From the NCBI GenBank assembly GCA_017654855.1, contig CM030338.1:1736001-1800000 (forward strand): a stretch of DNA of 64,000 bases. The letters are read 5' to 3'. The position numbers were made by a program, and so were the translations under genes. The notes under the pieces are model-generated. The model saw only the letters and a program-made list of their open reading frames with translations, did not search any database and had not been told where the DNA came from. Shown here one piece after another: positions 35,177 through 47,600 of this stretch (its first letter is position 1; the number at the start of each line of letters is the position of its first letter). This stretch comes from Podospora anserina (lineage: Eukaryota).

Positions 35177-38100
35177 CTAAGCACTCGGTTTTTGCACCTG
35201 AGCCTGTTGGTCCTCGCCTCCGTCACCAACCCGTATCTCAGCAACCTTGTCGCTGGCATGATCATCGGCAATATCGGCAGGTACGGTGTGAATCTGCTGC
35301 TGTGCCCATTTGTCCTCGGCTATCTGATCAAACAGGTTCTGTGCTTCGGCGGGAGGCGCTGGGATCTCTTCTTCGGGGAATGTCGGCTCATGCTCAATAA
35401 ATTCCAGTGATGGACCACTCATGAAGACTTCATCCATCTCGTCCCCGGCCGCAAAGCCGTCGTCGTTGGACGAGTTGTCGTTCTGCGCAATATCGCTAGC
35501 AATGTCCCCGTCAGACGCCACCGAGCCAGGCTTGATGTTCTGGAAATTCCAGTTCGAGCCAATAACCGAAGTCATGCCGGCCATACCGCCATTGTCGTAG
35601 TCGGGAAGGCCGATGCCCTCATCCTCATCACCCTCAATGCTGTTGTGCAACGTGGATTGATCCCACAGCGCAGCGCCCATCTCGGTATCCTCGTCACCAT
35701 TCCCCACGCTTGCCTGATAGGATGGCAGTTCAGGGTCAGCAGGGACAAGGGCCTGTCCCGCGCGGTCAGAGTCGTCGCTAACCAAACCACGTTTTCCTCG
35801 AGGGAGAGTTAGACCTGCTCCGGTCGAAGCGCTCGGCGATCCACGAAGGGAGGAGCTTAGGCCGAGACGCTGCCCTTCCCCCGAGTCGGACATGTCTTGA
35901 TCGGCGGAGGCAATCTGGCTGTCATATTTGTCGAAGATCTCCTGAAACTTGGGTCCGCCCAGCGGTGTTTCAGAGCGTCTTCTGTAGAAGAGAAGGTACG
36001 CAGCAGCACTGACAACCTTTTGAGGATCGCTGCACTTACTCACACCCGTGTCTACTAAATATTAGCGCCATGTTCGATGCCGCGAGCCTGTGACAGGAAA
36101 ACATACCGTTATACTCATACCAGGAGCCATCATTGAAGTTCTTGGCTTTGGCAGTATAATGACCACCACCCAAACCACCCCAGTGGTCATCAACGGCAAT
36201 GAGGTCGTAAATCTCTTGTTTCCCGTCTTCCTTGTCGATGACCCGAGAAGTCAGATCGAGTCCTTCCACTGGAAAGTCAACCAGAATGTCGAGCTTTTCC
36301 CTGCGGTATCCAACAGAACTGAACCGCTTGAGGTGGACGACTAGAATGTCTGGTGTCTTCCAGAGATCGAACTTCTTGCTAGCCCGTCGATGCTCTTTGC
36401 AGCGTGGGCAGTACCACGTATCCTGCTCTGACAGGATTTCCTCCTTCTCAAACTCGTTCAGGCAATCCTCAAGTGTAATGCCATGCTTCGCACGCAGAGC
36501 TCTTTGCTTCTTCTTGGCTTCAAGGGCAGGGTCCACCAGAGTGTCTACATTCTCAAAGGTCTTGCAGCCGCGCATTGACTCTCCTGGCTGGCCGTCAAAG
36601 AGAGCCTCCCAGGCCTCCTCGTTCCAGTCCACGATGATACCTTCACCTAGACGGACCAGGGGACCTTCAATGGGACCGGTATCACGCCGGCTTGCGTGTT
36701 GCTTCTGCATGCGGCCCTTCTGTTGCTTTTCGAACCGCTTCTTGGCCTTCTTGCCATACATCTGCTGTTGGCGAGCCTTCATCTTCTTCTTACCACCGCG
36801 CGCGTTCACTTGGTGGGATGGCGGTTCAATCGCTCGTGACTGGAGGTCCTGAGTGATGCAGGTCAGCACAACATTTCCATAGATCAGTCTGAACAAAACG
36901 AACCTTGACTTGATGAGGGAAATCCGAGTCATCATCGCTGGATTCCTCTGCCATGCGAGTGACCTCGTTCACTTCGTCGCTGCCGCTAGCATCAGAGTTG
37001 GCCCAAGCTCCGGGGCTCTGCATCTCGACATCCGACATTATCGGCTTTGGCTGCCTGGTGCTGAGTCTCGGGTACGCATTCCCCTCGGTCACAGACTGCC
37101 ACCCAGTAGGTATGGTCATAGTGCCTTCCGGGAAGAAGCTGAGATCAAACAGGTTCTGGAACTGTGGCGCGAGGAACTCTTCGGGGTCTATCCACTTGGG
37201 CCGCTGTGACTTGAATGCCTTCAGCGCCTGTGAGGATCTGTCATACTTGGTTAGTCGCCGCATTCACTCGTCATGAATCACAAAAGCTTACTGTTCAACC
37301 CCGCTGGACGCTGCTGGCTTGGGCGCATCGTTTGCATCAGCCATGCTGACGTCGACAATGTCTTCTTCACCCTCAACCGACTTCGCTACTATCTTGGAGT
37401 CGCCTGAAGAATCAACATCCGAGGCCACATTGGCCATCTCCGGATCAATATTATCGCCTGCGTCGGTTTCCTCCACCGCAGCAAGTTCAGGATGTGTGGT
37501 AAACGTCGCCACCTTCTCCAAGATTTTCCGCCGGATGATGTCTTCGCTGCATGCCTCCTCTGGGTTCAGCACGATAAAGTGCGGCGGCACCAGAACGCTC
37601 TTCTTGCGCTTGGCTTTGCCCTGTGAACACATGTGCAAGACAGGAACAACCATGCTTTGTACCATAGGATCCTCCAAGTCTTCCTCATCATTGTCAGCCA
37701 AAAGAGACTTGATCTTTTGCTTCTTTGGGTCTTTGGTCAAGGCCAGGTTTGAGGGGGGAGCCTCGAGCTCATGAACAACGACGATATCGTTGCTAGAGAT
37801 GTCGTCAGAGACAGTCGCCATGTCATCATAGTGCTTGAAAAATTTGCCCGAGAATTCCTCGGAAGCCATGAGACGGTCGACAGGTACCCCGACACGCTGC
37901 GAAATGAACTGCTTCAATCCCTTGATGCTGCTGTTCTTGTCGATATCAACGACAATGTTGACGGGTGCATCATTCAGCGGATAGAACCTGATCTCTCTGG
38001 ACCACGAGTTTGCCATGGGGAGGGGAAGGGTCAGGTTGGTGAAAGGGTCGAACGTGATGCTGATCTTGTTGCATTCGGGGCACACAAGAGTAGACTTGTA

Positions 38101-39956
38101 CAAGCCGGTGAACAGATCAGAGATGACCGAGTCATCTCTCCGCTTCGTAATGTCCCAAACCTGGAGGGCCATCTCCCGAATCGCTGCAGGGTTGTTGATC
38201 ATCTCGTCGGTAGAGTCGGGCTTCTCAATGTACGGCTTCCTGAGGATGCGATTGAGATCCTCTTGGAGACCGTCGAGAAGCCAGCCAAGGAACTCTTGCG
38301 AATCCTGCTGGCCATATCCCGAGAAGGCAGGAGCATACCGACCGATAACGCTCTTGAATTGGCGTGGTGCAACCGAGTTTGGTGTGGGATCCTTGTAGAT
38401 TTCTTCAAGCAGCCGTCCGTAGGAGAGGGCAACATCTCCACCATGGGCGAGAGGATTGTCGGTGTTGATCTCCTTTTTCGCTTCATGAGTGAGGAAATAC
38501 TTTGTGAGTTCCTCGACGGCACGCAGACACTGAAGAGCAGAGTTCATGTAGCACGTGTTGCCCAAGTTCTGGAGTCCTACACAGCCGTGGGTCCGCCCCG
38601 ACTTTTGCTGGGCGCGGCCTCTGGTGAGAGGTGCCGAAAGCGCGGGGCTGCTACGTCCGCTGACATTGGCCCGGGCCTGAACGACAGCGGTTGAGCTATT
38701 CCTAGTTGTCAAATTCTTGCCGTTGGAACCGCTATATGTAGACACCCAGTCCTGACGCTCCACTTCTTCGTCCAGAACAAGGGTTTGATCGACATTGAGG
38801 CCTACCAGCGACAGGCTCCTCTTGCCGTTGTAGTTGGCATGGACAGTTGTGTCCTGTGCCTCAACAAGGGCGCGTTGGACACCCTTCTCCAACTGCCCAA
38901 AAGTTACCACATCAACAAGCATCTCAGGCCAAGCCCCGGGGACGGCAGGAAATCCATCGGGAACGCCAACCTCTTGAACTGGAGAGTCCGGAGGAGTCTT
39001 CATCATCCCAGAGGATTCTGAGGGCTCCGAGGCTGGGGTTTCCGTGGCGGGGATGGTCTGCAGAACTCGCCATACGCGCACCTTGCGGTCCGGTGCCACA
39101 CTGGCAAGCTCCTTGACTCGTCTAAGGAACTTGTGATAGCTGAAGGACGTACTCTGAACCACAATGGGAGGGGGTGGCTTCTTGAGCTTGATTTCCTGCT
39201 CTATAGGAATCGGGCTCGTGGCCGACCACAATCTGTGTATAGTAAACACAGGAGGGTGGAACTCGAACTGAATAACGGGATCCGAAACCGCATCGGGGGC
39301 CGTGTTGTGTGCAAGCCGGATAATCGGAGCTTGTCCAGTAGCCAGCCCGTACCAGAAGAGCAAGAGATCCCAGGCATCTTTGGGGAACAGCTCGAAACTC
39401 TCCGTTCCCAAGCCTGGCTTCAGTTTGACACACTCTACTCCATTGGAGTCTGTGAACTTGGTCTCAATAATGTCCGAATTGTCCACTGGACCGAGGGACC
39501 CTTCTGGCACCTCTTTGCTGACATGTTTGCTATCCAGCCCAAAGGCCTGGGCCCGTTGAAGCCATTTCCTTGACACTAGGTACGCCTCGTCACCCTCCTG
39601 GATGGGAGTCTCAGCAAACGCCTTGACGAGAGTCTCGATGGTTTTGATTTGCTGATCGAGCGGAGGAATATCTGCTCAAGTATGTTAGCGCGAAGGCCAC
39701 ATGTGGGCAGCTCAAGAGGCAACTGACCGTTCCGTAGAGGAAGCCCATTTGACTCTGTGGTGGACTGCTTTGGGCTTGATGGAGCCCCATCCATCACTTC
39801 ATCCTTGCCCTCTTTGGCCTTTGCAGCAGATTCATTCTCAGTTCCCATAACCACATCCTCTTTCAGGTTTGTACTGTCCGTTTCGGGCTCCATGCTGGAG
39901 GCAGGTCGTTTGAGCGGGGACGAGGACCGCTGGGGAAGATCGGGAGCACCCCCCAT
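35177..39956 (-). CDS. UBP12: Ubiquitin C-terminal hydrolase UBP12/USP4-11-15 family (DUSP + split USP domain), 5 exons
   Basis: DUSP (AYLVSRKW...GPVDNS), Cys box GLQNLGNTCYMNSALQCL, QQDSQEFL..LLDGLQEDLNR, CPEC...FDPF, WYCPRCKEH, ILVVHLKRF, His box HWGGLGGGHYTA...WYEYND, AAYLLFYRRR. Introns 39727-39672, 37291-37238, 36903-36849, 36106-36052. First in-frame ATG is 39956, but the frame stays open to about 40440. Confidence 0.93.
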
Positions 39957-41292
39957 GAGAGCACGGTGAGCTGTATTGTAGAATGAAGTCGACTGGCTAC
40001 CTGGAAGGGTCCAGTCTGTTGGCCGTAGACTTGAGGCAGAGTCGGCAAACTCAGCGCCCCGGTCAAAGTCCACTGAGAGGTCGGCTGAAGCGCACGGGGA
40101 GCTCGCAGCAGAGGGCGAGTCAGGTACCGAACTGCACTGGGTTTGCAAACGTGGTGGGACACCCGACGGTGGCAGCGAGTCGCCGTGGCGAACGTAGGTG
40201 GGAGTGTCTATAGTCGGGATGCCTGCGGCTTCTGTAAATGAGAAGGTCGGATCGATTTCTTCAGTGGAGGGCAGCACTACGTCGTTGGGCTCGTGCTCCC
40301 TGCTCGACTGGCGAGTCACTCTTCTTTTCTTTGAAGAAGACGTGGTGACTGTGAGCTGCTTATGGCAGCTCTGGACGTCGTTAGGATTGCAAAAGTAGAA
40401 AGTTGCAGAAGGCGGTGGACGGAGTGGGCAGTGAGGGCCTTCCTAACACAGTGAGGCGTTAAAGTGGAGTTCAAGTAGGCTGTACTGTGTGTAAAAGGTC
40501 GTATCGACGTCCCATAAACAGCCGGTAAAGGTTGTACACAGAGTGTATTGATTTTTCCAGAAGATTTGTACCGTAGTGAAAGAAATGTGCTGGGGGGTTT
40601 CTTTTCAGTACACACCTAGAGCCAAGCCAGTGAATGACGATGATGAATGTACAGCGTCAATAGAGAAGCAGCTCAGTCAGGCTGTGGCTGTTGCTGCGTC
40701 GATAACCAGATGGGAATCTGGTAAGGGGCAAACGGTGGTGCGGACAGCAGCGAGGAGAATGCTGTGCATTTCCTAGCAGTGGGGGTGAAAAGTTGGCTGC
40801 TGTTGAAGATGGTCTTCACGCTCTGTTGGATGAAAGGTATACCCCAAGTGCAACGCGGGCGGCTACCAAGCACTTCACTTTGACTTTTGGAGGGGCACGG
40901 GCTTCACAAAAATCGCTTTTCTGCCATTGCGAGTGGGCCGCTGCCCTGTGGCCGTGCCATGGAAGTTCACACACAGTGCCTAGCTGGTCCGTGCCTGGTC
41001 CGTGCCAGGAACCGTTTGGCAGTTGGTTCTCTGACAGATATTAGGGGCTAGTAGTATATGGGAAAGCCCAAGTGAGATCTTCATCTATCTTGAGCTGTGG
41101 CACAGGAACGTTCCGGAGATTCAGGAGAACATCAGGCAATGAAATAAAACAGCAAGAAAGTTTTGATTAGTTCATCTATGCGCTGCATGACCAACAATGG
41201 TGACAATATAATGCTTTTGGGTATAAGTCTGTTTTCCGCTCAGTAGTCTGGAGTCCCCTCTACCCCGATCCGCATGGTTCCAAGTGAAATGT

Positions 41293-44200
41293 CTAAAGCT
41301 TTGCATCCAGGTCATAATACTCCGCAAGATCCTTCTCTGGATAGGGAGCCCTGCTGGTGGCATGGAGTGCCTTGAAGTCTCGCACATCCTTGATGAGGGT
41401 GGGTGTCGTCCCATTGGATGATGGTGGCTCTGCGTCCTTGACAACTCCGCTGCCGGGTCCATGCTCAGAGTGTAGTCTTCTCCACACGTCAGACGCAGCC
41501 TTTACCTTGCCGTCTGGTACCCCGAGGCCTTGGAGGTAGTCGACAAGGCCTTCGACCTCCTTTTCCTCGTCATGGCCAGCCGCACTCAGGCGAGACTGCA
41601 GGTCAGTGGCAGCCTGGGCAGCGGTACTTTCATCGAGATCGAGCGTCTTGATGAGATCCGTAATTTGCTTCGTTGTCACATCGCTCTTGGCCTGGGCCTC
41701 CAGATAAGCTGCAACCTTCGCCCGCGAAGGGGACGAAGGGTTGATGTAGTGGTTGAAAAACTCAATCATATCAGCCTTTGTCAGTGGCTTCAGATTCTCC
41801 ACCATCAACTGTCCTATAACACGAAATACGGGTCAGTTTTGCCTTGGGCCCAAGGGGAATAATCAGGTTAGACTTACGGTTGTTGAACATGTAGTATTCA
41901 GACTCAATGGCCTGCCAGTGCCGGTTGCTCTCTCCCTCCAGCGACTTGGCCTTCTCAAGCGTCCGTTCAATCAAACTTCGCTTGTTCTTCTCGAAATCCT
42001 CCTCACTCATATCCTCGAGTCTCTTCCCCATGTCCTCCAGGAACTTTTCGATCCGGGTCTCAAGATAGGGGGCCGTCTTCTCACTTTGAATGATGAAGTA
42101 GACACCAAACGTTGTCACATTGCTCCAAGAGCCACAGTAAACGATGTATCCGAGCTGTTCCTTGGTGCGAAGCTGGTCGAAACAAGGCTCATGCATGATC
42201 TGGTCCAAAAGAGCTGTCCTTGCCCTCTGAGGACGATCAATCTTGGCACCTGTGTAGAGCATGTAGTGGATCGAGTGGTTCACGTTCGCGGGGTCCTTGA
42301 GCGTTTTCTTCCAGACGTAGTTTGACCCTGGAGAAAACACCAGCCCGCGAGGTGAACGCCACTGAGATGGAGGGAATGGCCGTGGCTTGAGCGTCTTTTC
42401 GATCATGTCGGTCAGCTTCAGTGCGTCCTCCTTGTAAAAGTTGCCGTGAACCAAGACTTCCATGTGCATCTGGGCCAAGAATTCCCTCTTGAAAGATCGC
42501 ACCGCATCAGCTGTCACGGCAGGAAGCTCCTCTGCGATATCCAGGATGGTGTTGTAGTGGTCTGTCGTCAGCCAGCTCATGTATCCACCAATCTGTGTCC
42601 ATGGTGCTGAAAGCTCCCAGTTTCGGTATGACCGGATCGTGCGTTCCTTGATGATGGCGAATCGATCTTCGCGGATGTCGAGGTCGCGCATGGTGACCAG
42701 AACCTGTTCTAGGAGCACCGAAAGCTTGTCGTTGTAGCCAGAGACCTCAATATACATTCCCCGCTCCTCGCAGATCACAGTATATTCAACACCAGCAAGT
42801 TCGGCATCATATGAGTATTCCTCGAGCGCGTCCTTGATCGAATCTGTGAAAAGACGGCCTGCTGCCCGCATAGACGCCAGTGAGGTGATTGGTGTCCGGC
42901 AGCTAACCATTATACTTGCTTTCGGGACCCAGAACGTATCGTCCTTCTTGTACCAGGTCCGGACCATAGAGTCGTTGCGGATAATCCGCGGGGCGATGGC
43001 AGGCTCTTTGACTTCCTTCTTCTCCACGTCTAGCTTTGTTGGGATGAACTGGTTCTTGTGGGGGAGATGAAGCTTCGCTTTTCGGTTGTCAGGTGTGCTG
43101 GTAGCTGCCGCCTGGACCTCCTTCATCAGAGTCTCCGGAATTGGTTGGACGGTGTACTCCGTCCCATACCATTTCTCCTTTTTGTCCAACGTAACAGGGG
43201 GATTCCGTGAGGTGACAACGAGAAAGAAGTTGTCGGGTCGTAGCCAGCCCAAAGCCTGCTTGATCAACTTCGGGTCGAATCTGCGAAGCTTGGAATACCC
43301 AGACACCAGATGCTCGCGGGGGATTGGCTTTTGCATCCTTTGGCTGACGGAACTTGCAAACCGATAAGCTCGAGACTTCTCCATAAACCTGAAATTGACA
43401 TCTGCCATGCCTTTTTGCTCATCAAAGATCCACTGCTGCGGCTCCGTCTCTCGCAGAAGGGCGATGTACTCAAACACGACCTTCACGATCTCCTTGTAGT
43501 TTTTCAGTCCCTCTTCTGTCAGGGTGATCCCGATGTCGAACAGGTCCGGAGACCCGGGGCAAATGTTACTTGGCCCGGCGCCCAGACCGTTGGCCCATCC
43601 CTTGGACTTGACATAGGACATAATGCTGCCAGGGCCCTCATGGCCGATGAGATGGCTAATGTATCCACCAGGCTGCGTCTCGTAAAGATTCTCTTGCTCC
43701 ATGAAGGGGAAGCTCAGAGTAATTTCTCTAGTATCCATCACAGGCTTGGCGAAGATTTGGACTCCCAAGTGATCCTTTGTGAACGGAACCTCATCCTCCC
43801 ACCTGTTGCGTGGCAGGTTCTTGTTCTTGATGGGAGAGAAATACTCGGCCACCCAAGCCTGCAAAACATCCAGGGGCTCCCTTCCCAAGACGCAAAGCTT
43901 CATGCGGTTGGCAGAATAATGTTTCTCATAGAACTCAATAAACTTGTCTCGCACGTTGATACCCTTTGCCTCGGGGATGGTCTTGAGCGTCTCAAGGTTG
44001 CCGGTAGAGAAGTGGTGGTGGGGGTGTTTCGGGTTGGAGAGAGTCTTTTTGAGTTGGTGCAGACGCCAGTTGTCACTCTGGAGATTCTTCTTGTTTTCTG
44101 AATCAACGGCCCTCAGTTCACGATCCAGAGTGTTCTCCAAGAACAGTGGCTCGATGAAGAACTGGGCAAAGCGATCCAGCGCTCCCAGCAGTGGTGAGGG

Positions 44201-44663
44201 ATTGGTGGCAGATGGCTCTTCATCGTTGCTGGGCTTGGCAGAGACCTCAAAGTGGTAGTTGGTTGAGGTTGTCGCCGTGAAGGCATTGGTGAGCCCAGAA
44301 TGGTTTGACATGTACTGATGATAGGCATTCTCGACAGGGAATTTCTTGGTCCCCATGAACAGAAGCTGCAATCAAAGTTAGCGGCTGCAGCCTGAGTGTG
44401 CGGGGTGGTAATAGCAAGCTTACATGTTCAACGGCATGTGCCATTCCTGGCATATCATCCTCGTCACTGTGGCTCCCAACGTTGACATCAACCGCGGCCG
44501 CGGCCTTGTCAGTGGTGGGGTCGTGAACCAGAAGAGCCTCCAAGCCGTTGGGCAGACGGATGACACGGTATGAACGATCATCCAGCTCGGGGGTCTCGAG
44601 GTTCTCGGTCACCACCTCAACCTCGATTCTGGAAGGCGGCGGCGTTTCCTCGGAGTTGGCCAT
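41293..44663 (-). CDS. STE23: Insulysin/pitrilysin-family (M16A) zinc metalloprotease, Ste23/IDE-like, C-terminal PTS1 (AKL), 3 exons
   Basis: DDRSYRVIRLPNGLEALLVHDP, inverted zinc motif HAVEH/LLFMGT, NAFT, ALDRFAQFFIEPLF, RELRAVDSENKKN, HLIGHEGPGS, FDQLRTKEQLGY. Introns 44423-44366 and 41877-41814. Confidence 0.92.
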
Positions 44664-47600
44664 GCTGTGATGTGCTGAATTATAAGACTTGTGTTACCTT
44701 TGGGCGTAGCCAGACAGAAACGATGACAGCAGGTCTTGTTGGTGGCTTGTGAGCAGGAGGCTAACAAGCATTCGACTGGTCAAAGAATATGGGGTCGTGA
44801 CACTTAGTGTTCAGGCAGTTCCAGGCTGCTTCGAGAGAGAGAGAGTGGGATGTCTTGGTGAAGAAGAGACAGACAGAGAGTAGGTAGGCTGTTGCGGGGC
44901 GGTAGGTGGACCGGAGAAATTGGTGGGGGCGGCGACCAAGCTGACCTGCGCGTGCTTTTACCTGCCTGGCTCCGTCTGCAAGGTGGGAACTTCCAGGTTA
45001 GACCGAGTGACCGACTTCCAGTGACGGCGAAGGGAGGCAATAGCGGAAGAAGGCGGCGGCGGCGGCGGCGGGGACTCTTGAATGCCCGCTGAGTGATGCG
45101 GTGGGTAGCCCTGCGCGTTTGTGCAGCTGTGGAGCCGGTAGCGCGCTAATGGAAGCTGTCCCAGCGAGTTGAAAGGCAGCAAAATCGGGTGGTATTTTGC
45201 GCTTGTTGTCTGGAGCGCTACCGGTGGAGATGGGGAGATCTACTGGCAACCAGTGACCGGCATCCAGGAATCACTGCCGGCAACCTGCACGGTATGATTA
45301 AAACTCCGAAACAGGACGGGAAACAGATTGGATTTGGGTACCTGAAGTGCCTGACAACAAGAACAAGGGAAGTTGAGACGATGTGTCGGAAGGTGGTGGG
45401 CGAAGCGGCAAAGTCGTGAGTAATGTCTCCGTATTAGAAAGACAAGACACAGACAGGTTGGGTCGTTTCGTGTGCTCAGGTCTTATTAGGTAGACATCTC
45501 ACGTTCAACATGGAGAGAACCCAGAGCGGCCAGGAAGTCCCATGTCTTGGGCTTTATATAGCTAGGTGGGCAGCTAGATAGGTAGGCTGCTCCAACAGCT
45601 TCAATTCTTCGCTGTCAATTTTAATTTTGATGTCTTTCGTCAGGGGTTCAACATGAAAGCGGCGCCTCGGGAAATGAGCGGCTACTTGGAATGGGACCGA
45701 ACCGCTTGTTGCTTTGGTATTCTGTCTAAAACGATGGGTATAACTTGTTCCTCAACAGTTCTTTGATCGAAGTCCACTTCGCAGGTGTAGGATAGGATAA
45801 CGTTCGTGATATGGACAAGGGAGGTGTGGATTAAAGGCGGGGTGGAGTGGGGAATCATGGGTTGGAGGGGTGGAGGGGTTCATGACAGGGGTAGGTGTAG
45901 GGAGGAGTGCCCATGGAGGTTCTCAACGACGCCAGCATCACTACATCTCGACGGTTACGGAATCCTTCTCTGGTGGTTACTGTACATGTGCTGCTATGAC
46001 CACACCTGCCTGTCATGGAAGTTGTGAGCTACGCTTGTTCCCTAATATCGGACGACCCATCCCGGGTAGCGCCCATGGGCCGAGAAGCTTCAGCCAGGGC
46101 GAGGGGTGCCGATGCAGACTGGAGGCACCTAGTCAGAATCCCATGGCGGTCGCACCAACTCCGAACGTCAAAGAATGGCATGTTGAAACCTGCCCGCAAT
46201 GGTACGCAGACCGAAGAGCACCCAACCCAACAATCAGATTGGGCATGTGGATGAACAGCTGTTGGGACTTGTGACATGTTGGATTGTCTGGTCTGAACAC
46301 AGCTGATATGTCACTACTGTTCGGTGCCGAAGGTGTTGGAAGACTTCATGACGCAGAGGTATAAGTTGGGTTGCCAGAAAATGTAACCGCCTTTGGCTGT
46401 GGAGAGACGATCTCTGGCACGGCGCCGGGAGATTACTCTGCCGGCCGTGGCCCAGGTCGGGCGTCTGCCCGGCGCGAGTGCAAACCAAGCATGTCGGAAG
46501 GGAGATGAAGGGATGCGGGCCGTACCTCGCTCTCACCATGTAGCTTGACTCCAAGTAAAGCTCACCTAGGTATCGATACCAGTAGCCCAACGGCACCTAA
46601 ACTGCAAACCATAGGATGTGGTCAACGGCTGAGAAGGACGGAAGGCGGGTAGTTTTGTTCCCGTTCACCTGCAGCCAGACCCCTGATTATCTAAGATCAT
46701 GGAGAATAGCTGTTGATTGGATGGCTTGGTCGGTGGGGTGCAACCCATGTTCGTGGTTTAGGGGACTTTTCAAATAATTCAACCTCCAACCATCCAAGAT
46801 CCAATTTGTTCTTTATAAATCCCACTATCCTTCCAATCACTCGCTACCGATCATGTCTCTGCCGGGGACATACGGGATATCCTCACTCAGATGGTGCCTG
46901 TTATCAGCGACAACCTAAGCTGACTTCCTTTCTCGGCCTTCTCCATCATGGCCAACGTGATTCCCAGTCATCATAACCCCTACACGGCAAGGTGTGTCTT
47001 GCTATTCCTTGAGGCTGTCCAGAGTGTACCATGCACGTGGGTCACTGGGGTTGGCAGGCTCGCATGAATTCGGAGCTCGCCCTTTTCAAGGGAAAAAAGG
47101 CACCACACCTTCTAGAAGCGACCGGGGTGGAGTGGTGGGTGGTGCCACGCACCCGAACACCTTGATCAAATGTGGACAGAAAACACCTCAACCATTTCGG
47201 CCAGCGATTCCATATTGAGAGACATTAGCGAGCCTGACCGCTCCCTTCAACATGCGTTTAGATCTCAACCATGGAAGGCTGGTGGTGTTCATTGCCGTTC
47301 GTCAACCGAGGTGAAGCCTCTCACAGTTCTTTAGGTAAGCAACAAGCGGCATCAGGGCGCTCAGAGATCATTTCGATGAGCCACAAAACTCCCACACGGC
47401 AATCTCAGATATGGTCTCGATGCACATGATGGTTGAGAGCTGCGACCATGGCAGCAACCACCACGGCCTCGCGGGAAGCACTCACTGGTTACATCTAGGA
47501 GCAACCCGCCAGTTTGCCGCGATGCGACTGCGATGGCCGAGCCGAACCACACTTCTTCCAAAGCTGGTCCTCACCGGCTGATGTCCCTCTGTCCCGTGCT

